Shown here piece after piece: positions 42,939-59,373 of a stretch of 64,000 nt of DNA. The translations under genes were made by a program, and so were the position numbers. Within the stretch, counting starts at the first letter, position 1. Each line of letters opens with the position of its first letter. The notes below the pieces were generated by a model, which saw only the letters and a list, made by a program, of their open reading frames with translations, searched no databases and was not told the origin of the DNA. Source of the DNA: Eledone cirrhosa (taxonomy: Eukaryota); contig OZ024749.1 in NCBI GenBank assembly GCA_964016885.1, forward strand, positions 22,258,001-22,322,000, in the 5' to 3' direction.

Positions 42939-45900
42939 TCTGTTTGTTCATCGACCTGCGACGGCAATTGCGTGCGTTTGTTAAATGGTAAAGTCGTGGC
43001 GTGGACTCGTCGCAGGTCGAATGATTTATCGGAGGGATTATAAAACGCAGAGTTCCAGGCTGCTGCTTTATGTGTACTATTGCTATTGTTATTGTTAGTT
43101 GTGTTGTTTCTATTTCTATTTCCACCAACAGCCTCATGGTTGTTTCTATGTCTCTCATAATTACTCCTGTCTCTTTCCACTGGCTCATTGTTGTTATCTA
43201 CCCTATTTTGTGTGTCTGTGTGTTCGTCTTGGTTATTCTCTTTGTCCTTAGTCTCCCTTCTCCTTTTAATCCTATTAATTTCCCTTATTTCTGTGATTTC
43301 TGTGCTACTGTCATTACTTGTTTTCTGTGCCTGTGTGTTTGTTAAGATTGTGGTGGTGGTGAGAGACATTGAATGCGTGTGTGTTGGTGTTGTTGATGTG
43401 TGCTGTTGTTGATGTGTGTTGTTGTTGTCTCCGTGTGTGTTATTGTTGTTGTGTGTGTTTTTATTGTTGTTTGTGTCTGCGTGTCTGTTGTTGTTGTTTC
43501 TGGGTATGTTGTTATTGTTGTTGTTGTTGATGTGTGTGTTGTTATTGTTGTTTGTGTCTGTGTGTCTGTTGTTGTTGGGATGTGTGTTGTATATGTGTGC
43601 GTATATTGTTGCTTTTGTTTTTGTTTTTGTTTTTGAGGCTCCAGCGTAGTTTTGTAAATGATTTTTCTATTTCTGACAGACAACTAATCATATTTACCTT
43701 CTTGAATGTCGCAAATTTCGGGGGTAAACATAACACAGACATCTCATCGTTATCTATTCTTGCGTTACCATATATATTTGTGTTGTTGTTGTTGTTGAAC
43801 TCTTCTGTTAATGAGGTGTCGGTCATATTTATACCGTCAATTTTGTCGGGATATCTATTGGTATTCTCTATAGTATCCTGATTTAGCTTTATCTGCTTAA
43901 GCCACTTAAGTTTCTTGTTAAAGTGCTTATCACTTTCTTGAGTAATGTACTGTTCTTCAGGGCGTATAAGGCTTATAAATATTAGTTTCTCTCTTGGTGT
44001 GGTGATCCTAGCTATTCCTTGTATTAAAAATAGCACTAGTACACATAAAGCAACAGCCTGGAACTCTGCGTTTTATAATCCCTCCGATAAATCATTCGAC
44101 CTGCGACGCGTCCACGCCACGACTTTACCATTTAACAAACGCACGCAATTGCCGTCGCAGGTCGATGAACAAACAGAAGCACAATTTAGTATAGCTAGAT
44201 CCGAACTTAGAAATATTATAGAATAGTATAGCACGAAGCATAATAGAATGGAGGCCCAGCAACTGGGAGAAAAATCTGCAAATGGCTTGCGTAAGCTCAT
44301 GCAGCGCTCACGTAATGGAGAGATAGCATGCTTTCCAACAGACAAGTCTGGCAGAATGTCGGTTGACAGCCTGCCAAACTACATCCAGGCAATGCAACCC
44401 CATATCACTAACACAACAGAGGTAACACCACAGGAGCATGAGGATAGAGAAAAAGCCCTCAATGCCCATATGGTGATGTGGACGAATATAATGCAGCCCA
44501 ACAAAAGGACTGCCAACAACTTCCAGGCCTGGAACAATGACGTGCCGGCGTCGTATGGGCTTCGAAAAGACCATAAAACGGTCTGTGACCCTGTCGCGGG
44601 ACCACCAACACGGCCAGTCTATGGAGCTAACATTGCTAGTAACTACTGACTGTCCTACTTCGTCTCCCTGATCATACGTCCCATCATTGAAATGTCCCCA
44701 GATGTATGTGACAGCACGGAGGACCTCCTCAGCAGAATCGGCGTGAGTAACCGATCTGGGGACCTAACAAACTGCATAATAGGCAGTATGGATGTTGTGT
44801 CCCTGTATCCATCTATTGACGTGGATTTTGCTGTGGAGAAATGCGGAGAAATGATCAGTGAGAGCAAGGTTGAGTTCCGTGGGATTGATACCAGTGAGCT
44901 GGGACTCCTACTTAAGCTTACCTATAGTAATAGTTACCTAGACACATATGACATTAGCAACCTGTGCCCTACAAGACCAGCAAGAGGCAGACCGCCTACC
45001 ATTACCTCAATGGCCAAGAAAACCCACACAGATAGATGGAACGGGTGGACCAGAGCCATACGAACACCCGAAAACCACGATGAACTGAAGAAAATGATTG
45101 CACATGCGGTAGGGGCCAGCATAAAACTAAACCTTAAGGAACATATGTTCAAATTTAATGGAAAAACATATGCCCAAGAGGAAGGAGCAGCCATTGGTGT
45201 TAGCATTGCAAGCGACATAGCTAACTTATTCATGGTATGGTGGGACAGTAGACTTAAACTTAAACTTAAAGAACAATTAGAAGACCCCTTAACCCTGATA
45301 ATGTACTCCCGCTACGTTGTTCATATAAACATCGTAGTTAAGACACCCCCACTAGAGAACAGTCAGGAACTAGAGAAAAACACAATGGAAAGCATCCAGC
45401 AAATAGCAAACTCCATCCACCAGAGCATTAGAGTTACTATAGAATACCCAAGTAAACACCCCAACCATCGATTACCTGTACTAGACACAGAGCTCTGGTT
45501 AGATACCATTAACAACAAAAAAACAAATCCTCCATTCCCATTATGCCAAACCCATGACTTCCAAACATCTGATCCACCGAAACTCGGCCATTTCGGACCA
45601 TACCAAAATCAACATACTGATTACGGATTTGGTACGGGTGATGAGAAATGTGTCCCGCATGTGACACCCCGAAGAACTAGAGAGACACATACAACACTTC
45701 ATCCACAGTATGCAGTTCTCTGGCTACAATCAGAGAGATAAAATCAGAGTGTATAGAGGAGCCAGAACCAAATGGGAAAAAATGGTAAATAATGAAATAA
45801 ATGGGACCTGCCCCTTGTATAGGAGCAAATTTTGTAATAGAATAGAAAGAACTAGGAACAAGGCCAATAGAATAAACTCATGGTATGATAGCAATAAATA

Positions 45901-46851
45901 CCAGTGTGTGATGTTCATCGATACAACCCCTAGAGGTGAATTAGCTTACAAATTTAGAAGGGCCCTAAATAAACATGAACTCAATATTAAGATAGTAGAA
46001 AGAACAGGTAGCTCCGTAAAAACACTTATTACCAAGACATACCCTTTTCAAAGACCCTCATGTATAGATAAGAAATGTATAACCTGTAAAATAAGCCCCC
46101 ATATTAACTGTAAAACTAGAAATGTAGTGTATAGCATAAGCTGCACTGAAGGACAATATAGAGACAAAAAGATAGTGTACATAGGTGAGACAGCTCGTAG
46201 TGTAGGGGAACGGATAAATGAACACTGGCGAGACCTTCAAGATAATAAAGAATCATCTGTACTCTACCAACATGCTAAGATAGAACACAACATGCTAAGA
46301 TAGAACACAAGGGTAAATTAGAGAACATAGAAATAAAAATAGAATCTACACACAGAAAAGACGCAATGTTTAGACAAATTACTGAGGCAATAAACATAAA
46401 AGAATTACAACCAAAATTAAATAGAAAATATGAGTGGAACAGCAACATGACAACTTACAATTAAGGACAAAATTAAAACACACACACACATAGAACAAAC
46501 AACCAACCAGTAACATGTAAATAAACAAATAAATAAATGAACATAAACACACACAGACACCCGGATGTGGCGCATGCGCAGACTGAGCACACAACACACA
46601 CACAGAAACAAAATGGCGTAGGATAGAACAAAGGAGAGGCACAGAAACAAAGAAAGGAATCCCCAGTCACTGAAGAGGTCACAGAGTGTGTGACGAAAGA
46701 ACTATGACTATATATAAACAATTATCTGGTTGTGAAACCAACCAACCAGAAATTTATAAATTTATAAATTTATAAATATATAATAAATTGAAGTGAAAGC
46801 AACTGGTGCGTGTGTTTCTTATTGGCAACATGACCCTCTCAAAGTATAACA

Positions 46852-46853
<2 letters not shown>
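42939..46853 (+). mobile_element. PLE family A, long copy with 5' inversion
   Basis: 42939-44035 is the inverted N-terminal region (CLPPKFA..EIEKSFTKLRW, Thr/Asn-rich); 42939-43079 duplicates 44037-44177; pLTR with hammerhead at 46665-46709. Confidence 0.92.
44036..46464 (+). pseudogene. PLE RT plus GIY-YIG, disrupted
   Basis: FPTDKSGR, YGLRKDHK, MDVVSLYPSI, GAAIG, YSRYVVHI (catalytic DD lost), YIGETARS. Confidence 0.92.
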
Positions 46854-46883
<30 letters not shown>

Positions 46884-46889
46884 ATATAT

Positions 46890-47089
46890 AAATCATATCA
46901 GAGCAAACAGCACGGACACTCTATCTCAAAATTAGTTTTGAAAAGCATTTACAAATGCGCAACCGGTAAAAACTTAAAAACTTAAAACCACAACTGAATA
47001 CTAACTCATACAATCACTAATACTCTTTTATTCCTAATTAAACCATTTTTCAACTGTGAACAATTTGTCAGCATTTTCTGTTCCGTTTA

Positions 47090-47093
<4 letters not shown>
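46890..47093 (+). mobile_element. Solo pLTR of PLE family D with hammerhead-like variant at 46934-46974
   Basis: Reverse-complement homolog of 22350-22530. Confidence 0.75.
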
Positions 47094-47161
<68 letters not shown>

Positions 47162-47168
<7 letters not shown>

Positions 47169-49840
47169 AAGTTAAATAAAAGTCAAATGATTAAAATTTA
47201 GCTTCGTTTATTACTGCTATATATATTTCAGTGACAGCCATCTTTGGCTGTGACCTCTTCAGGCAGTTTGAATTAGTATGGTATAGACAAGTACATATGT
47301 TGTTTAGGTGTATGATATTGTCAATACTCTGATATGCCCAGTTCCTTGTTGGGTTGTTAATTCACTGGGGAACTGGATACACTCAGGCGTGATGCTAACT
47401 ACCCCAGGACGGACAACCCCAACCGCAGGACACGTGGGGGGGGGGGGGGGGGGGAGGAAACGGGCGACCACCCCACGATGGATCTCCCGGGGCAGACAAC
47501 AACCACCCCACAAATCCGGGCCGTGAAGATAACAGAAAGTATAGAGCCCAAAAGGGAAGCAACAGTGCGGAAACCACCAGCAAACCAACAAATCTCCAAC
47601 AAATCACGAAGCCCCCAACCCACACATATAGGAGGAGACACCGACAAATCACGTGGTACAACCCACCCTACTCAGCGGCCCTAAAGAAAAGCTTGGCCCG
47701 ATTGTTCTTTGGAGCACTTGACAAATGCTTCCCGAGGGACCACAGATACCACAGGATCTTCAACAGACACACTGTGAAGCTTTCGTATTCCACCACGAGA
47801 AATTTGGCCCAACACATAGCTAGCATCAACAGAAGTAGGCTTAAAAACCACACACAACCAGAAGATGGCAATACAAACACTCAGCAGAACCATGTGAAAG
47901 GAGGGAAGGGGGGACCCAGAGCCCACCCAAGAAACACAAACAGACCCAAGGACCCCCCACCGAGCATGGGGGAAGACCAACATGTAACACATAATGAGAA
48001 TCCTAATCTAAGCACGCAGAGGCCGCCCACCCTCTGCAACTGTAGAAACCCCGAATCATGCCCCCTTGCTAATGAATGTCTCAAGAAGAACATAGTGTAC
48101 GGTTGTAGGGTTAAAACCCCCAACTCCGAACACCTCTACATAGGAGCCACATCAACGAGCTTTAAGGACCGCTGGTACAACCATCGCCATTCATTCAAGA
48201 AGGAGGCCAAAAGGAAAAGCACAGCTCTCTCCGACCTGATCTGGAAGCTTAAGCTGGACAGGACCCCATACTCTCTGGCCTGGTACATAATCAGGAAAGT
48301 ACCACCCGATAAAAGGGGATCTTGCATATGCAAACTATGCCTGAACGAGACCCTTGAGATACTAAGAGTTGGAAGCGGCCTGATAAACCTCAGAACCGAC
48401 TTCTTCGGGACATGCAGACACCTTAGAGCCGGGACCTTTCTCAAAATATATGGACAGTAGCAACACAAGAAGATGTGAACTCCCCTCAAGCTATAGGGAC
48501 TTCTACAGAACATGAAAACACCTCTCGGCCAGACCTCCCTCAAGCTATATGGACAATTACAACACCCTAGGTTGTGAACTCCCCTCAAGCCATAGGGAAC
48601 AACCCAGGCGGAGCAGACACCATGATAGCCTAGAGACAGAATCGGACACAGCCATAATAATCTGGCCAACATCTATAACACAAACACTTTTAATTTACCA
48701 GATTTCTGACTTTAAAGTTCCAATCTTAAATCTTGATTTCTCTATATTAATTTGTTATTTGTTTTCTGCCCTCTTCACTGTATAACCTTATATTTATATT
48801 TATTTTAAGTTGAGATAGATTATAACACAAACACATTGAATATCTCATCTTAACATCTTGTATCATACCAATCTATCCAACATATTCTGACCTTGAGATT
48901 GGTTATAGCACACACACACACACACTTTATCCTACATTATTTCTCACTTCTCCATATACATTATCATTACTTTTTCACCAATCTCTCATTTACTCTTTAT
49001 TCTTTATTCTCTATTTATTTATTTATTTTCAAATTACACAAATTATATTAATTATTTTATTTTATTATATTATTTATTTATCTTCTGTTTTCTTCATTTA
49101 TTGCCTTATATTTCTTCATATACATGAAATAACCCCCCCCCCCGCCACCACCACTACGGTGGTGGCGGGTGGGATGAAGAGAAAACACAAACTGAATACT
49201 TCTAAATTGTTAGCAGCAGCTGACCACTACAACAACAACAGTACCAAAATAATGGTGGAAGTCAAATGTACTGAACAATAGCAGGCATAAACACTACAGG
49301 GAGCCTCACCCCAGAAAGAATTCTATAGACTTCTGACTGAGGAATGCTCTCAGAACTGAACAATGGGAAGTTTGACACATTTTTTGATATTTTGTTCCTT
49401 CAACACATTGTCCCTTCTACCATTTTATCAATTTTTAAGCTAACTCCAACAATGACAACACTAATAACTGACCAATGAGAGGAGAAGGGGACCTGTGACA
49501 CTAAAATTCGTTTGTTTGAATTCATATGACTCCAGTTCCCCAGTGAATTAACAACCCAACAAGGAACTGGGCATATCAGAGTATTGACAATATCATACAC
49601 CTAAACAACATATGTACTTGTCTATACCATACTAATTCAAACTGCCTGAAGAGGTCACAGCCAAAGATGGCTGTCACTGAAATATATATAGCAGTAATAA
49701 ACGAAGCTAAATTTTAATCATTTGACTTTTATTTAACTTTATTTTACACTACTCCGGAGTAACCAAACCAACCTGCGCACTTCGTCGAGTGCTCCAGCCT
49801 GCATACTGAGGTGTTGGTATACAACCAACATAAACTCAAT
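47162..49840 (+). mobile_element. 5'-truncated PLE family Z with inverted 5' pLTR
   Basis: 47162-47379 is inverted to 49528-49746; hammerheads at 47213-47267 (-) and 49641-49695 (+); about 1.3-kb 3'UTR. Confidence 0.9.
47693..48460 (+). pseudogene. GIY-YIG endonuclease domain of PLE family Z
   Basis: IFNRHTVKLSYS, CNCR..CPL..C..NIVY..YIG..FKDRWYNH..STALS..IW..CKLCLNE..LIN..CRH. Confidence 0.9.
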
Positions 49841-49876
49841 ATATATATATATATATATCTATATATTTATATATAC

Positions 49877-49911
<35 letters not shown>

Positions 49912-49912
49912 C

Positions 49913-49956
<44 letters not shown>

Positions 49957-49957
49957 T

Positions 49958-49988
<31 letters not shown>

Positions 49989-50151
49989 ATTTATATATAT
50001 ATATATATTTATGTGTATATATATATATATGTATGTGTATATATATATATGTATTTATGTATATATATATATATATATAAAGAAAAAGAGATGAAATCGA
50101 AAATGCAACTGGAGTCTTATTTTTTTTTTAAATATATATATTTATTTGTTT

Positions 50152-50189
50152 CCTTTACCGGTTTCGCAGTTCTTCTGCTTTTCAAAAGG
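50152..50189 (-). ncRNA. Hammerhead variant with U3:A8 core (family C)
   Basis: cctt-TTGAAAA-GCAG aagaa CTGC-GAA ACCGGT A-aagg. Confidence 0.75.
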
Positions 50190-50417
50190 TATGTTGAAAT
50201 AGAGAGTCTGTGTTTTTTCTCACATCAAAGATTAGAATTGGAGAATTTGTCACTACTCTAAAACAATAGCATACGGTCTTCAAAATGCTTTTAATTAAGC
50301 ATAACTTGTATTGCAAAATACATTATATATACATCCATATATATATTGCTATTTCAGAGCTCCAATTCTAATATATATATACATATATATATTATTGGCA
50401 ACATGACCCTCCCAAAG

Positions 50418-50532
<115 letters not shown>

Positions 50533-50586
50533 ATATATATTTATATATACATATATATATACATATATATATATATTTACATATAC

Positions 50587-50659
<73 letters not shown>

Positions 50660-50685
50660 CATATATATATATATATATATATTTA

Positions 50686-52078
<1,393 letters not shown>

Positions 52079-52116
52079 GTGTATATATATATATATATAT
52101 ATTTGTGTGTACACAT

Positions 52117-52149
<33 letters not shown>

Positions 52150-52150
<1 letters not shown>

Positions 52151-52968
52151 AGGTTTACATATACATAAAGTTATAGATATATATATGTTGCAACCGGTCA
52201 CTTTTAAGCTCTATGAAGAATTAATAAATTAAATAATCAGACCAATATATTATAAATCATGTCCTTAGAATTATTAGATAAAATATATACTATTTCCTCT
52301 TCTAATTAGCATAATTAAACATAAAAAATCAATTAGACCAAGCCATAAGAAGAAAGGCTCTTATGAAGAAATCTCCGACAAATAATCGAAAGTGGCCTCT
52401 TCGCGGTGGCCCCAGTAGATTATTTATCCAACATTTCGACAGCATGTAGAAACCGACTAAATATATCATCAACCATACACAATTAGGTGTAAAATTAAAC
52501 TTAGAAGAAATGTGTACATACCGTAATTATATCTCTACCATGGTTTCATCCGTATTTTTAGACATCCAAATAATAGGAATGTCTTGAGTTAGGATTCATC
52601 AGGAGACAAACTCAAAATCAGACATCTAGTTTTCTCATCCGATCGCGCCAAATTTAGATTCAAAAATGGCTAAGGATCGGTATGTGGCTGTGGTCAAGCT
52701 AGAAAGGATGTGATTGGTTGCTTACGGCAGGTAGGCTTGCTGCTAGAAAGCGCAGCCAAATATCGCCAAATTGAATCTCAACCTAACGGGAGATTATTAA
52801 ATATAAATGTTTACATATACATAAAGTTATAGATATATATATATGTTGCAACCGGTCACTTTTAAGCTCTATGAAGAATTAAAAAATTAAATAATCAGAG
52901 CAATATATTATAAATCATGTCCTTAGAATTATTAGATAAAATATATACTATTTCCTCTTCTAATTATA
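52150..52968 (-). repeat. Retrozyme-like element R3 (656-bp unit, 1.25 units) with hammerhead at 52530-52608
   Basis: 52155-52308 repeats at 52811-52966; tgtctc-CTGATGA-ATCC..GGAT-GAA ACCATGGT A-gagata. Confidence 0.82.
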
Positions 52969-52982
52969 ATATTTATATATAT

Positions 52983-53017
<35 letters not shown>

Positions 53018-53066
53018 AATATATATATATTTATGTGTATATATATATATATATGTATATATATAT

Positions 53067-56000
53067 ACTCTTTTACTCTTTTACTCTTTTACCTGTTTCA
53101 GCCATCCGGCTGAGGCCATGCTGGGGCACCGCCCTTGTTGCTACACATTTTATCTTCAGCTTGTATAGGTTGGCCACTGGTGTAAGAGCGAGTTTGTTGC
53201 TGCTGCCCTTAGGTTTCGCTCGTGTCTTGCTGTCGGCTCATCCGGGATCCTGGATAACAAGGTGTCGAGATGTTTCTTGAAGACATCCACCTCCACGTCA
53301 TGCAAGTCTCTCAGATCCCTCGGCAGCCTGTTGAAGAGTTGAGGGCCCTTGAATCCCAGGCTATTGCAATAGCTGGTCCTTATTCTAGATGAGATGTGGA
53401 AGACGGGACCTTTGGCACCACCCAGTGACGTCCTGTTCGACGGTTGGTCCAGCTCCCAATGCCAAAGTTTGGTGCTAGTCCCTCCAGGATTTTCCACATG
53501 TAGTTCACTGCGTATCTCTCTAGTCTTCGCTCCAAGGAGTAGAGGTTCAGTTCCTTTAGCCTCTCCCAGTAGCTTGTCTCCCTCATCTTGGCAATCCTCT
53601 TGGTGTAGCTTCGCTGGATTGCCTCAATCTCCGTGGTTAGTTTGACACTATGGGGTGACCACAACTGGGAGCAGCAGTCCAGCCGGCTTACGACAAATGT
53701 CCTCCATAGTGTCAACATGGTGTCTCGATCTCTTGTCCGGAAAGTCCTCAAGATCCAGCCAGCGAGTCGTCTGCACATTGTCGCCACTTTCATGATGTGT
53801 GAAGAAAAAGATGCATCATCGCTCATGTCTATGCCCAGGTCTCGTATCGATTTTGACACGGGGAAATCAGTCCCTCCTGGTCCTGTGTAGTTGTGTTCCA
53901 CTATATTTGTGTTTGTAGGTTTGTTTGGAGGTTTGTATTGTAGGGCTTGGAATTTGCCAGCATTAAACTGCATGTTGTTTTCTTCCACCCATTTGTATGG
54001 CATCCAGATCCTGCTGTAAAAGGGCAGCGTCAGCCGGGTTTTTGATTGCCTGTGCTACCTTAGTGTCATCAGCATAGCTAGTGAGGGATGTTGTTGTATG
54101 TACTACAGAGGGCATGTCTGAGAGAGCCACCAAAAAACAGTAGTGGTCCCAGGACTGTCCCCTGGGGCACCCCACTTGTTATTGGTGTTTCCTTTGAGAG
54201 GGCCCCATTTCCTGCGACTGCCTGGCTTCTGTCCCTTAGGAAGCCATGCAGCCATTCCGCTACTTTTCCAGTTATGCCGAGTCCGTGTAGTTTGTGACAT
54301 ATCATTCCGTGGTCGACCTTGTCTAAAGGCCCTCGCAAAGTCAAGATATATCACGTCCACATGTGAGCTGTCTAGTAGTTGTATCAGTACCCAGTCGTAG
54401 TGATGTAGCAGCTGTGTAAGGCAGCTTCTTCCTGGGCGGAAGCCATGTTGCGTGCTAGTCAGGCGGTCATTTTCCTCGAGGAAAGTGATCAGTTTCTTTC
54501 TGATGACTCGCTCCATGACCTTACTGATATGCGACGTCAGGGAGACTGGCCTATAGTTTTTGGCCTCCGCTCTGCTACCTTATGGATAGGGCATATTGTG
54601 CCTTCTTTCAGCTCCCTGGGTAGTACCCCGCTAGCCAAGGAGCTTCTGAAGAGCATCTTCAGTGGAGTTGCTAAGGCCCGCTTACATATTTTTAAGAGAA
54701 TTGCTGGGAATCCATCAGGTCCAGCAGCCGAGTCTTTTCTAATTTCATCAATGGCGTACACCACATCCTCCTCCCATATGTCTATGTGGTTGATGGTTGC
54801 CATTTCTTCATGTAGTGTTGTGGCATCAAAGAACTCCTCTGGCTTCGTTATTTGCATGTGCCTCAGTGGACATGTGAAGACACTTTTGTACTGTTCGTTC
54901 AGTATTTCACATATCTCTTGGGGGTTTTCGGTTAATGAACCGTCCGTATGGAAGAGTGGCCCAATCTTGCAGTGTACTGAGGCAGTTTCTTTTGCAAATT
55001 TAAAGAAGGCCTTAGGGTTTGTTTTAATGTTTTCTATGGCCCTGTTCTCTTTCTTTGCCCTCTCATTCTCATGGGAAAGTTTGAGTGCAATCTCGGTGTC
55101 AAGTAGTGCACGTTTCAAATAGGATTCCTTCTTGTTTTTGTTTTGTTGACTATTCAACTGGTTTGAGAGTTTAGTTCTATGTCTCATAAGGATTTTCCTA
55201 TCTCTGAGAATAAGTTTTTTGTGTCTGTTTGCCTCTTTCTCCGGGACAAACCTTTTGCATATAATGTGTATTGTTGTCATGAAGTGTTGAAATTGTGTGT
55301 TAGTGTCTGGTGTGGCGGTGTTTTCACTCCATGTTTGCTTCCGGATTTCTCTCTTAATCTTTTTCCAGTTAGCCTTGTAGAAGTTAAGGCTGGATAGCGT
55401 CCCGGAGCTTCTTGTTGGTTTTGTCTCTCTTGGTTTCTTGGACCACATATCATTAGCTCTACTAAGTTATGATCCGAGAGAATTGTTGGTGTCACCCTTA
55501 CATTGTGGATGAGCACTTCGTTGTTTGTAAAACAGAGGTCCAGGACATTTTCGCCTCTTGTTGGGAGGAGTATTGCTTGCTCCATGAACAGCCTGTGTGT
55601 GAGGGCCAGCAGGGATTCCGTCTGTCTCTGTTCTATTGACGTCATTCCAGGGAGGAAGTGGCCCTCAGGCCATTTCACCTTTGGTAGGTTGAAGTCTCCC
55701 AGCAGTAGGATGTTGAGACCCTGGTCCAGTTTATCAAGGACCTCTTCTATCCTACTTAAACTATCCTCAAATTTACCCTCATGACTGGGGGCATCGGGAG
55801 GCCGATATGTGACACATATTACTGTCTGTAGTTGCTTCATATGTATTATCAGTGTGTCACAGACTGAGTTTGAATGTGTCAACAGTACAATTGGTGTGAC
55901 ATCTTCACGGATATACAGAGCAAACCTACCATGAGTTCTCTCCTTCCTGTCCGAACGAAATACAGTATATTTCGGTATATGTATTTCTGCATCTGCTATA

Positions 56001-56603
56001 CTGCTTGTCAGGTGCGTTTCGGTTAGTGCCATGCATAGTGCTTGATTGCTTATGGCTAAGTCTCCCAGGTAGGAAATTTTACTCATGTTACTGAGTTTCA
56101 CCAGGCCTCTGACATTCAGCAGCAGCACTGGTGTGACTTTTGGGGTGCCAGTAATGGCTGTCGGTATGACACCTGGTCTGGTGTCAGCGGCGGCCACTCT
56201 GGGTCCCTTAACTGTGGTGGTCTCGAGTGCTGGTGTGGATGACCCTGGCTCTGGAGACGATGCAGCCAGGTCAGCTGTCCCACAATCTTCTCTGCCATGA
56301 CTCAAACATTTTTCTGATCTGCTGCTGCCATCTGTATCTCGTCGGCATGTGCGTGCCTTCTCCTTGTTGGTGCGGCACGCGCGACATCAGCATACTTCTG
56401 GAGCGGCTTATTTCGGCTTTGGCTGGGGCATGTTGCGCGAGTATGATGGGCACAGTTCGTTTGAGACCTAGGGTGGGCGAATCTGCATCCCATCCCTATC
56501 TCTCCATGCCAGCATATCCCGTTCTTGAAAAACTTGCACATTACTTGGGTATTTTTACTCCCAGTGTCTCGGTGCTTTCTGTTCTTTCTTTGAACAGTTG
56601 TCC
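53067..56603 (-). mobile_element. CR1-group LINE (CCCH-finger ORF1 end, APE endonuclease plus RT ORF2), frameshifted
   Basis: LLNVRGL, LTETHL, YRPP, GDFN, SDH; QHGF, VPQG, YADD, SLERR; ORF1 CKFFKNGICWHG..CRFAHP; 3' tail (GTAAAAGA)n; 5' end lost in the gap. Confidence 0.93.
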
Positions 56604-56803
56604 NNNNNNNNNNNNNNNNNNNNNNNNNNNNNNNNNNNNNNNNNNNNNNNNNNNNNNNNNNNNNNNNNNNNNNNNNNNNNNNNNNNNNNNNNNNNNNNNN
56701 NNNNNNNNNNNNNNNNNNNNNNNNNNNNNNNNNNNNNNNNNNNNNNNNNNNNNNNNNNNNNNNNNNNNNNNNNNNNNNNNNNNNNNNNNNNNNNNNNNNN
56801 NNN
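56604..56803. other. Assembly gap
   Basis: 200 N. Confidence 1.
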
Positions 56804-56879
56804 TAAATGTATATATAAATGTATATTTATGTATATATATATATATATATATATTTATGAAAAAAAATATATATATATT

Positions 56880-56926
<47 letters not shown>

Positions 56927-57253
56927 GTATATATATATATTTATGTATATGTATGTATATATATTTATGTATATATATATATATATATATTTATGTATAT
57001 ATATATATTTATGTATATATATATATATATTTATGTATATATATATATATTTATGTATATACATATATATGTATATATATATGTATATATATATATTTAT
57101 GTGTATATATATGTATATTTATGTATATATATATAACTATTTATGTATATATATATATATATATATATTTATGTATATATATATATTTATGTATATATAT
57201 ATATATTTATATATATATATATATTTATGTATATATTTATGTATATATATATT

Positions 57254-57407
<154 letters not shown>

Positions 57408-57408
57408 C

Positions 57409-57450
<42 letters not shown>

Positions 57451-57593
57451 TAATTTATGATAAACATTTACATGTTTTAGTTGCAATAAATGTTTATCAT
57501 ATATTAATTTATACTGCTCAGAAGCGATTCTTAGAGCTGAAATAATTGTAAATGACCCCATTGAGTGTAAACTCATATTATATATATATCTCC

Positions 57594-57735
<142 letters not shown>

Positions 57736-57740
57736 TTATG

Positions 57741-57791
<51 letters not shown>

Positions 57792-57818
57792 GTATATATA
57801 TATCTATCTATATCTATG

Positions 57819-58661
<843 letters not shown>

Positions 58662-59339
58662 ATTAGCCAAGACTGGTATTGCTGCAAATATAATTTGGTT
58701 TGGCTCGAAGTACCGAAATAGTCGTAGAATTAAATAACGTGAATCTCATATAATAATAATGACACTGTTGTTGGTGGTGTTGTTAATGGTGATGTTGATG
58801 ATGGTGTTGGTGCTGATGTTGGTTATGTTAGTAGTGGTGCTGTTAGCGGTGGTGGTGGAGATGGTTTTGGTGGTGGTGTTGGTGATATTGGTGGTGGTGG
58901 TGTATGGTGGCGGTGGTGGTGTGTGTGGTGGTGGTTTAAGAGTGGTGGTGGTGGTGTGTTGTGTGTGGCGGTGGTTTAAGAGTGGTGATAGTGGTGTGTG
59001 GTGTGTGGCGGTGGTTTAAGAGTGGTGGTGGTGGTGTGTGTGGTGTGTGGCGGTGGTTTAAGAGTGGTGGTGGTGGTGTGGTGGTGGTGTATGGCAGTTC
59101 ACACTTGAGTCACGATTTAGTCTGAAACAGCTGAAGGTAAAACACCCTCCACACTTGCACCTCAATCTCGCTGTCTATCTCTTCATATGTATGTATATAT
59201 GTATGTATGTATATATATATGTATGTATATATATGTATATATATATATATGAATGTATATATATATGTATGTATATATATATGTATGTATATATATGTGT
59301 ATGTGTATGTATATGTAAATGTATGTATATGTATGTATG

Positions 59340-59373
<34 letters not shown>

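Noticed and set aside
44641-44652. In-frame TGA as selenocysteine (also 51264)
   Set aside because: Both align to Arg in the related copy, consistent with CGA to TGA decay
58759-59090. Val-rich hydrophobic ORF
   Set aside because: (GGT)n-derived low-complexity sequence with short tandem repeats
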